Below the pieces are notes generated by a model. That model worked only from the letters and a program-made list of their open reading frames with translations. It did not search any database and had not been told where the DNA came from. A stretch of DNA of 32,000 nt from Erysipelotrichaceae bacterium OH741_COT-311 (GTDB lineage Bacteria; Bacillota_I; Bacilli_A; Erysipelotrichales; Erysipelotrichaceae): assembly GCA_003858585.1 (NCBI GenBank), contig RQZE01000009.1, forward strand, positions 30,001 to 62,000, written 5' to 3'. Below, one piece after another: positions 25,110-32,000 of this stretch. Position numbers and translations under genes: made by a program. Numbering within the stretch: position 1 is the first letter of the stretch; each line of letters starts with the position of its first letter.

Positions 25110-26002
25110 AATCCGGATTTGTAGCTTTAATAGGACGACCAAATGCCGGGAAAAGTACACTGTTGAATGCTTTATTACAGACCAAATTAGCGATTGTTTC
25201 AGATAAACCTCAAACAACAAGAAATGCAATACGAGGTATTTTTAACGATGAAGAAAGCCAAATCATCTTCATTGATACTCCAGGGATTCATAAGCCCATT
25301 CATACCTTAGGTAGTCAAATGAATAAGCAGGCTTATGCTCAAATGAGTGGGGTAGATATTGTATATTACATTGTAGATGCAACATCTCCATATGGAAGTG
25401 GAGATGAGTTTGTACTTAACTTAATTCAAGAAGTTGGTTGTAAAGTGTTCTTGGTGTTAAATAAAATTGATGGTTTAACAAAAGAAGAAATTACAAATGT
25501 ATTGTTACAGTGGAACAAGCGTGGAAACTTTAGTGAAATTATACCGATTTCAGCTTTAACACAAGAGAACTTACAGGAATTACTCTTAACGACAAAACAA
25601 CATCTAGAGGATGGAGTTATGTATTATCCTAAAGATCAGAAAAGTGATTATCCGGAGCAGTTTATTATTAGCGAGATTATAAGAGAAAAAATAATATATT
25701 TAACATATGATGAGGTTCCTCATAGCATCGCTGTTGTGATTGAGAAGATGGGACGTAAAAAAGGTGTACTATGGATGAGCTGTTTAATTCTAGTAGATCG
25801 TGATTCCTTAAAAGGCATTATCATTGGTCATAGTGGGAATATGATTAAAAAGATTGGACAATTATCACGTCAAGAGTTAGAGGGTATCTTTGGGGAAAAA
25901 ATCTTTTTAGAATTATTTGTTCGTGTCGAAAAAGATTGGCGTAACAAAAAGGCAAAGCTTCAACAGCTTGGTTATATCGCTTTAGAGGTTGATGATGAAT
26001 GA
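25106..26002 (+). CDS. era: GTPase Era
   Basis: 298 aa with G1 GRPNAGKS, G3 DTPG, NKID and a C-terminal KH domain. ATGA overlap with the cdd stop. Confidence 0.95.
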   Translation: MKSGFVALIGRPNAGKSTLLNALLQTKLAIVSDKPQTTRNAIRGIFNDEESQIIFIDTPGIHKPIHTLGSQMNKQAYAQMSGVDIVYYIVDATSPYGSGDEFVLNLIQEVGCKVFLVLNKIDGLTKEEITNVLLQWNKRGNFSEIIPISALTQENLQELLLTTKQHLEDGVMYYPKDQKSDYPEQFIISEIIREKIIYLTYDEVPHSIAVVIEKMGRKKGVLWMSCLILVDRDSLKGIIIGHSGNMIKKIGQLSRQELEGIFGEKIFLELFVRVEKDWRNKKAKLQQLGYIALEVDDE

Positions 26003-26726
26003 TGTTATACAAGCGATAGTCTTAAAGACAAGTGAATATAAAGAGAATGATTTATTGGTCTATGTTTTAGCGAAACAATATGGTAAGTTAACACTTATTT
26101 GTAAAGGTGCTAGAAAAATGGGAAGTAAATTAAATGCGATTGTACAAGTTTCTAATTGCAGTGAATTTATCATAGATTACGCATTTCATAAATCAATGTT
26201 TATGATTAAAAGTGGTAAAGTCATAGAAACCTATAAAAAATTTAGTAACGATTTAGAGTTATCTTTAATGATGCAGTTAATGGTAGAAATTGTTTACAAA
26301 TTAGAGGTTGATGAATGGAATGATGAACTTTATGAGCTATTACTTACCGTTTTTCAAAAAATTACAAAAGAAAATCAATATTTACTAGGTTGTTATTTCA
26401 TGGCTCAATTACTATCCTATTTAGGAATCAAGCCTTATGTAGATAGTTGTGTAAAGTGTAAAAATGTGAAAATCAAATCTATTTCAATGATACATGGCGG
26501 TTTTATTTGCACTCGATGTTTTAATGAAAGTGAATATCGTAATCTTACTATCAATCAGTTAAGAAAATTTCGTTTTATCAATAAAGTAACTTGGAAAAAC
26601 GTTTTAAGCTTAGCGTCTGAATGGTATGATATGGAGGATTTTAAGTTATTGATAGAATTTCTGATTCATAATTATCATCTATCCCTCAATACGTGGGACT
26701 TTTTGCTTTCTTTAAACATTGACTAA
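25989..26726 (+). CDS. recO: DNA repair protein RecO
   Basis: 245 aa with an N-terminal OB fold (IVLKTSEYKENDLLV) and a zinc finger CVKC...CTRC. It overlaps era by 14 nt. Confidence 0.9.
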   Translation: MMMNDVIQAIVLKTSEYKENDLLVYVLAKQYGKLTLICKGARKMGSKLNAIVQVSNCSEFIIDYAFHKSMFMIKSGKVIETYKKFSNDLELSLMMQLMVEIVYKLEVDEWNDELYELLLTVFQKITKENQYLLGCYFMAQLLSYLGIKPYVDSCVKCKNVKIKSISMIHGGFICTRCFNESEYRNLTINQLRKFRFINKVTWKNVLSLASEWYDMEDFKLLIEFLIHNYHLSLNTWDFLLSLNID

Positions 26727-26783
26727 TTGTTTGAAATTCGTTATATTTATTATTGATATTTGAAAGGAATAGTGGGTGATAAT

Positions 26784-28163
26784 ATGGTTGCTAAAACATT
26801 TGAAAAAGTAGTAAATCATGCAAAAAATACAGGTTTTGTGTATCAAGGTTCTGAAATCTATGGAGGATTAAGTAATACATGGGATTTTGGTCCGTTAGGA
26901 GTAGAATTAAAAAATAATATTAAGAATGCATGGTGGAAAAAATTTATTCAAGAAGATCCTAATAATGTTGGTATCCAATCAGCAATTTTAATGAATCCTA
27001 AGGTATGGCAAGCAACAGGTCACTTAGCTGGATTTTCAGATCCTCTTATGGATTGTAAGCAATGTAAAACAAGACATCGTGCTGATCATTTAATTGAGAT
27101 GCAAAGTGAAGGGAAAGTTGTTCCGGAAGGTTGGAGTAATGAAGAAATGGTTCGTTATATTCAGGAGCATAATGTTGCATGTCCGGATTGTGGAGGACAT
27201 AACTTTACCGATATTCGTCAATTTAATTTAATGTTTAAAACATTTATTGGAACATTAGAAGATAACAAGAGTGCAGTTTATTTAAGACCGGAAACAGCCC
27301 AAGGGATGTTTGTAAACTTTAAAAATGTTCAACGTACAATGCGTAAGAAATTACCATTTGGAATTGGGCAAATTGGTAAATCGTTTCGCAATGAAATCAC
27401 ACCAGGTAATTTCATCTTTAGAACACGTGAATTTGAACAAATGGAATTAGAATTTTTCACACAACCAGGAACAGATTTACAATGGTATGAATATTGGAAA
27501 AATTACTGCATGGATTGGATTTTATCATTAAATGGAAATCGTAAAGAGAATTTACGTTTTCGTGATCATACACCGGAAGAATTAAGCTTCTACTCAAAAG
27601 CAACTTGTGACATTGAGTATTTATTCCCATTTGGTTGGGGTGAAATCTGGGGGATTGCAGATCGTACGGATTATGATTTAAAACAACATGCTGAATTTGC
27701 AAATGTGAATATGGAATATTTAGATCCAACTACAAATGAGAAATATATTCCATATTGTGTAGAACCAGCTGTAGGGGTAGAACGTTTATTTTTAATGTTT
27801 TTGACAGAAGCGTATGATGAAGAAGTTATAGATGAAAAAGATACACGTATTGTTATGCGTTTTTCTCCATATTTAGCTCCAGTGAAAGCTGCTATTTTAC
27901 CTCTTTCAAAACAACTTTCGCCACAAGCAAAAGAGTTATTTACAACATTAGCAAGTGAATTTAATATTGATTTTGATGAAACAGGAAGTATTGGAAAACG
28001 TTATCGTAGACAAGATATGATTGGTACGCCATTCTGTATTACATATGACTTTGATAGTTTAGAAGATCAAAGTGTAACAATTCGTTATCGTGATTCGATG
28101 GAACAAGTTCGTCTTCCAATCAGTGAAGTGAAAGACTTTTTAATGAAACAATGTAAGTTTTAG
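26784..28163 (+). CDS. glyQS: glycine--tRNA ligase, homodimeric (alpha2) type
   Basis: Start trimmed to ATG 26784 ([28 protein letters not shown]). Class II motifs are FRNEITPG and GVERL. An anticodon-binding domain lies at the C-terminus. Confidence 0.93.
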   Translation: MVAKTFEKVVNHAKNTGFVYQGSEIYGGLSNTWDFGPLGVELKNNIKNAWWKKFIQEDPNNVGIQSAILMNPKVWQATGHLAGFSDPLMDCKQCKTRHRADHLIEMQSEGKVVPEGWSNEEMVRYIQEHNVACPDCGGHNFTDIRQFNLMFKTFIGTLEDNKSAVYLRPETAQGMFVNFKNVQRTMRKKLPFGIGQIGKSFRNEITPGNFIFRTREFEQMELEFFTQPGTDLQWYEYWKNYCMDWILSLNGNRKENLRFRDHTPEELSFYSKATCDIEYLFPFGWGEIWGIADRTDYDLKQHAEFANVNMEYLDPTTNEKYIPYCVEPAVGVERLFLMFLTEAYDEEVIDEKDTRIVMRFSPYLAPVKAAILPLSKQLSPQAKELFTTLASEFNIDFDETGSIGKRYRRQDMIGTPFCITYDFDSLEDQSVTIRYRDSMEQVRLPISEVKDFLMKQCKF

Positions 28164-28174
28164 GAGGATTAGAT

Positions 28175-29926
28175 TTGCGTATAGATGAAAATTTAATTCA
28201 AGAAATCAGAAATAGTGCAGACATTGTTGAAGTAATTAGCAATTACATACCTTTAATCCGTAAGGGAAAAGCAGTTACAGCAGTTTGTCCTTTTCATGAT
28301 GACCATTCTCCTTCATTATCTATTTCATCTGATAAGCAAATATATAAATGTTTTGTTTGTAATAATGGTGGTAATGTCTTTACATTCGTAAAGAATTTTG
28401 AATCGATTTCATTTCAGGAAGCTGTTGTTAAGGTCGCTAAAATAATAGGTAAGGACATTACTTTTGAGTATAGCACAAAAGAAGTAAAGGACTTACCTTT
28501 TCAAGCTAGGTATGATGCTTTAGAAGAAATGATTAAGTTTACTCAATTTAATTTAAATACTGTTGATGGAAAAATTGCAAGTGAGTATTTAAAGAAGCGT
28601 AAGCTTGATGATAGTATTATTGATACTTTTCAAATTGGATACAATGGATTGAATAATCAGGTGTATCACTATTTAAAAGCGAAAGGTTATCCAGATAGTG
28701 TGTTAGTGGAAAGTGATATTGTACGAATTAATGAATATGGTGTAAAAGATGTATTTGAACATCGTATTTTATTTCCTATTCATGATGTATATGGGTTACC
28801 AATCGGCTTTACCGCAAGAGCATTAGATTCTAGTCAAAGTAAATATATCAATACGAAAGAAACAGAGATCTATAAAAAGGGAGACGTTATCTATAATTAT
28901 CATCGTGCCAAAACAATGGCTAAAAAAGAAGATAAGGTGTATTTACTGGAAGGGGTTATTGATGTTATTGCGATGTATAAGGCAGGTTATCATAATGCTG
29001 TGTGTAGTCTTGGAACTTCGTTAACTACAAATCAATTAAAAGAGATTAAAAGATTATCCAATCATTTAGTGTTTTTCTATGATGGAGATGAAGCCGGATT
29101 AAATGCTACATACAAGGCAGCGATGTTAGCGAAAGAAAAAGGCTTTCACATTTCTGTCATTGATAATGATACCCAACTTGATCCAGATGAAATTCTTCAT
29201 CAATATTCTATTGATAAGTTAAAAAAAATCATACGGAAAGAAATACCTTGGATTCAGTTTTTAATGAAATATTTAAAGACACATCTAAATCTGGAAAATT
29301 ATAGTGATAAAAAGATGTTTACGCAGCGTATTCAGCATGAAATACAACAGTTAGATGATGACTATGATCGACAGAACTTTGCTCAGCAACTATATGTTTT
29401 AACTGGCTATCAAGCAAACAGTTATCCGTTAACTAAAAAATCCACAAAGATAAAGCGGATGATTGAAGATGAAAGTAATATAGATAATGGTATTATTTTA
29501 GCTGAGTATGAAATTATAAATCAATTGTTAATAAGTAAGAAAGCCAGTCTTATATTTAAAGAACAATTAGGTTTTTTAGTCAATCAAGAAGCTAATTTAA
29601 TAGCGATGTTAATTTTAGATTATTATCGTACACATAATGAAATACAATTAAATGAATTTATTGATGTGATGGTTGAAGACAGCCTAAGAAATCTTGTTTT
29701 AAAGATTTCAATGCTTGATTTTTTACCTCAAGTATTCAATGAAATAAAATTGCTTGGATCTATAAAAAGAATTAAAATAGAGTTATTAAAAGAAAAAGAA
29801 CGTAAAATTAAAGAACAGATTGCTTTAATTGATAATTTGGAAAGTCAAAGAGTATTGATTGAAGAGTTATCGAATTTACAATTAGAACGTAGGAGACTGA
29901 TCGATGAAAACAAAAACGAACAATAA
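28175..29926 (+). CDS. dnaG: DNA primase
   Basis: 583 aa with zinc finger [10 protein letters not shown]...CFVCNNGG, a TOPRIM domain (EGVIDV, YDGDEAG) and a C-terminal helicase-interaction region. The TTG start follows a GGAGGA RBS. Confidence 0.93.
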   Translation: MRIDENLIQEIRNSADIVEVISNYIPLIRKGKAVTAVCPFHDDHSPSLSISSDKQIYKCFVCNNGGNVFTFVKNFESISFQEAVVKVAKIIGKDITFEYSTKEVKDLPFQARYDALEEMIKFTQFNLNTVDGKIASEYLKKRKLDDSIIDTFQIGYNGLNNQVYHYLKAKGYPDSVLVESDIVRINEYGVKDVFEHRILFPIHDVYGLPIGFTARALDSSQSKYINTKETEIYKKGDVIYNYHRAKTMAKKEDKVYLLEGVIDVIAMYKAGYHNAVCSLGTSLTTNQLKEIKRLSNHLVFFYDGDEAGLNATYKAAMLAKEKGFHISVIDNDTQLDPDEILHQYSIDKLKKIIRKEIPWIQFLMKYLKTHLNLENYSDKKMFTQRIQHEIQQLDDDYDRQNFAQQLYVLTGYQANSYPLTKKSTKIKRMIEDESNIDNGIILAEYEIINQLLISKKASLIFKEQLGFLVNQEANLIAMLILDYYRTHNEIQLNEFIDVMVEDSLRNLVLKISMLDFLPQVFNEIKLLGSIKRIKIELLKEKERKIKEQIALIDNLESQRVLIEELSNLQLERRRLIDENKNEQ

Positions 29927-31637
29927 AAGTGAAACTACAAACGTTACAACAAAGAAGGCAGATGTTAAGAAAACAGTAAAAAAGGAAACAAGTAAAGTTT
30001 CTACTAAGACATCAAAAGAAAAGGTAGAAGCAAAAGCGAAAAAAATAGAAGTAGCTATAAAAAGTGAAAAGACTAAAAAGACAACTGTAAAGAAAGAAAA
30101 AGAAGTTTCTAAAAAGACAAAAGCCAATAAAGAAGTAGCGGTAAAGGAAGTAGTTTCAGAAAAAGAAAGAACAAAAAAAGCAGTGAAAAAAACAGCTGTT
30201 TCTGCTGAGACAAAAGAAGTAAAAAAACCAGTGAAAAAAGAAGAAAAGAAAGCTTCTCCTACCGTTTCTTCAAACTCAAATAAAGCAGCAGCAAAAAAGA
30301 TGGCTGTTGAGGAAGCAAGTGTAAAACAAGAAAAAGTAAATAAAAAAGGTAAAAAGGAAGAGGTTATAGCTTTAAAAGAAGAACCTAAGAAAGCCAAGAG
30401 TGAAAAGACTTCAAAATCAAAAGTGAAAAAAGAGGAAGAAGTCATTAAAACAACAAAGGCTGATACAAAGGTGAATTCAAAAGGGGCTGTAAAATCACTG
30501 ACAGAATTAAAAGAAGATTATAAACGTATATACAATGAAACAAAGGAATTAAAGCAAAAGGATGTTTTACAATCATTAGAAAAATTAGACATGTCAGATG
30601 ATGATATGGAAGAGTTATATGATTGGTTTCAAAGTGAAGGTATTGTCATTAGTGAAGATGAAGATTTAGCACAAATGGAAGAGTTAGAGAATGATTTCAT
30701 TGATGATGATCATTTTGAAACGGATGAAGAAGATGATGACCATCATGAAAAACATATTGATGTAGTAGCAAATTTTGGTTCTACAAATACGTATGTAAAA
30801 ATTAATGACCCTGTAAAGATGTATTTAAAAGAAATTGGTCGAGTTCCATTATTAAATCCAGAAGATGAACCTGAAATTGCAAAAAGAGTAGAAGCTGGTG
30901 ATAATGAAGCTAAGAATATTTTAATCAGTTCAAATTTACGTTTAGTTGTTTCTATTGCGAAAAAATATGTTGGTCGTGGGATGTTATTTTTAGACTTGAT
31001 TCAAGAAGGGAATATGGGCTTAGTGAAAGCAGTTGAAAAGTTTGACTATACAAAAGGGTTTAAATTTTCAACTTATGCCACATGGTGGATCCGTCAAGCA
31101 ATTACACGTGCTATTGCAGACCAAGCTCGCACAATTCGTATTCCGGTACATATGGTTGAAACAATTAATAAACTTACACGCATTCAACGTCAATTAGTAC
31201 AGGAATTAGGACGTGATCCTTCAGCTGAAGAAATTGCAGCTAGAATGGATAATAATATTACGGCTGAAAAAGTACGTGAAATTCAAAAGATTGCTTTAGA
31301 GCCAGTATCATTGGAAACACCAATAGGGGAAGAAGATGATTCTCATTTAGGTGATTTCATCGAAGATAAAGATGCAATGTCACCAGACCAATATGCTAAT
31401 AATCAACTTTTAAAAGATGAGATTAACATGGTTTTACAAGGCTTAACAGAACGTGAGGAAAAAGTGTTACGTTTACGCTTTGGTCTTGAAGATGGTAGAA
31501 CAAGAACTCTGGAAGAAGTTGGAAAAGAATTTAATGTTACACGTGAACGTATACGTCAAATTGAAGCAAAGGCGTTAAGAAAATTAAAACATCCTACAAG
31601 ATCAAAACGTCTAAAAGATTTCGTGGATAAAAATTAA
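29904..31637 (+). CDS. sigA: primary RNA polymerase sigma factor (SigA/RpoD) with a ~200-aa Lys-rich N-terminal extension
   Basis: The C-terminal ~290 aa are near-identical to Firmicute SigA: [64 protein letters not shown], and [40 protein letters not shown] (29891-29896) sits 7 nt before ATG 29904, inside the dnaG 3' end. Confidence 0.9.
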   Translation: MKTKTNNKSETTNVTTKKADVKKTVKKETSKVSTKTSKEKVEAKAKKIEVAIKSEKTKKTTVKKEKEVSKKTKANKEVAVKEVVSEKERTKKAVKKTAVSAETKEVKKPVKKEEKKASPTVSSNSNKAAAKKMAVEEASVKQEKVNKKGKKEEVIALKEEPKKAKSEKTSKSKVKKEEEVIKTTKADTKVNSKGAVKSLTELKEDYKRIYNETKELKQKDVLQSLEKLDMSDDDMEELYDWFQSEGIVISEDEDLAQMEELENDFIDDDHFETDEEDDDHHEKHIDVVANFGSTNTYVKINDPVKMYLKEIGRVPLLNPEDEPEIAKRVEAGDNEAKNILISSNLRLVVSIAKKYVGRGMLFLDLIQEGNMGLVKAVEKFDYTKGFKFSTYATWWIRQAITRAIADQARTIRIPVHMVETINKLTRIQRQLVQELGRDPSAEEIAARMDNNITAEKVREIQKIALEPVSLETPIGEEDDSHLGDFIEDKDAMSPDQYANNQLLKDEINMVLQGLTEREEKVLRLRFGLEDGRTRTLEEVGKEFNVTRERIRQIEAKALRKLKHPTRSKRLKDFVDKN

Positions 31638-32000
31638 TGCTATCCAAACGATTACACGCCGTTTACAAATTCATTGAAGAACGTAGCATCATTAGTGATG
31701 TAGGCACTGATCATGCTAAACTTCCATGCTTTGTGGTCAGTAGTGGCTTAAGCAGTAAAGCTTATGCGATTGATATTAAAGAAGGTCCATTATTACAAGC
31801 ATTAAAGACGATTGAAGCACAGGCATTACAAGATAAGGTCATTCCTATACTATCGGATGGAATAAGTCATTTGCCTAGTGATTGTAATGCGGTAACGATT
31901 TGTGGCTTGGGTTGGTTAACTTGTGAAGATATTTTGATGAATGATATCCAAAGTTTATATAAATTGGACTATGTTATTGTTCAATTAAACAAAGATTATC
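31637..32000 (+). CDS. trmK: tRNA (adenine22-N1)-methyltransferase TrmK (YqfN family), N-terminal part only
   Basis: Open-ended, so absent from the ORF track. Sequence [30 protein letters not shown]... matches the TrmK N-terminus (L..RL......I......DIGSDHAYLP). TAATG overlap with the sigA stop. Same position as in B. subtilis (sigA-yqfN). Confidence 0.75.
   Translation, partial: MLSKRLHAVYKFIEERSIISDVGTDHAKLPCFVVSSGLSSKAYAIDIKEGPLLQALKTIEAQALQDKVIPILSDGISHLPSDCNAVTICGLGWLTCEDILMNDIQSLYKLDYVIVQLNKDY

Noticed and set aside
26727-26783. Expected T-box leader upstream of glyQS, the archetypal T-box gene in B. subtilis
   Set aside because: Only 57 nt separate recO and glyQS. No specifier loop, T-box sequence or terminator can fit. 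The gene is the alpha2-type GlyRS and is apparently read through from recO.
29882-30445. 187-aa minus-strand ORF (Phe/Ser/Thr-rich) antisense to the start of sigA
   Set aside because: It is the mirror image of the purine-rich Lys/Glu-coding tract. Its strand lacks A and G at the positions needed for stop codons, so the frame stays open by composition alone. It has no RBS and no plausible protein features.
29927-30503. About 570-nt purine-rich tract as a non-coding repeat or H-DNA-forming element between dnaG and sigA
   Set aside because: It is in frame with, and continuous with, the conserved sigma factor. It is preceded by a good RBS and ATG, and the alternative plus-strand frames are closed. 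It is better explained as coding low-complexity sequence (see the sigA finding).
1-32000. Alternative genetic code (TGA=Trp, Mollicutes-like), considered because of AT-richness and the reduced gene set
   Set aside because: Trp positions in conserved proteins are encoded by TGG. TGA ends comGA (6301-6303), cdd (25107-25109) and era (26000-26002) at the expected C-termini. Code 11 therefore fits.
1-32000. Mobile elements, prophage remnants, CRISPR arrays, toxin-antitoxin or defence islands
   Set aside because: No transposase, integrase or recombinase-like ORFs are present. I saw no direct or inverted terminal repeats, no spaced repeat arrays and no compositional break. Essentially every ORF of 100 aa or more is accounted for by a housekeeping family.

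Overview
AT-rich (roughly one-third GC by eye), gene-dense chromosomal core of a low-GC Gram-positive bacterium. Standard code 11 applies: TGG encodes Trp, and TGA terminates comGA, cdd and era. Gene order is a compressed version of the Bacillus subtilis yqf/yqg/yqh neighbourhoods: sodA-ispG-pbp-rpmG-MBL-comGA..GG-efp, then cmk-der-gpsA, then ybeY-dgkA-cdd-era-recO-glyQS-dnaG-sigA-trmK. That pattern fits a reduced Bacillota genome, possibly Erysipelotrichia-like, though this taxon guess is low confidence. I call about 37 CDSs. Three are not usable from the ORF track: a 49-aa L33 gene and the two edge-truncated genes sodA and trmK. I also call one FMN riboswitch in front of ribU, several intrinsic terminators, and a few sigma-A-type promoters. 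I see no rRNA or tRNA genes, CRISPR arrays, transposases, integrases, phage genes or recognisable defence genes. I do not find a discrete novel multi-gene system here. The best leads are protein- and operon-level oddities inside otherwise housekeeping genes. (1) SigA carries a ~200-aa lysine-rich, aromatic-free N-terminal extension. (2) EF-P has its universally modified loop (KPGKG) replaced by KTAMRQ, with Met at the tip position. (3) There is a complete seven-gene comG competence-pseudopilus operon with overlapping, paralogous minor-pilin junctions and no recognisable ComK or cin-box promoter. (4) ung appears to be co-transcribed with ribU behind the FMN riboswitch. (5) An acidic tail-anchored orphan protein sits in front of cmk. 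(6) An OmpR-type two-component system plus YbjQ is wedged directly behind dnaE, inside a ~13.6 kb array with no terminator.
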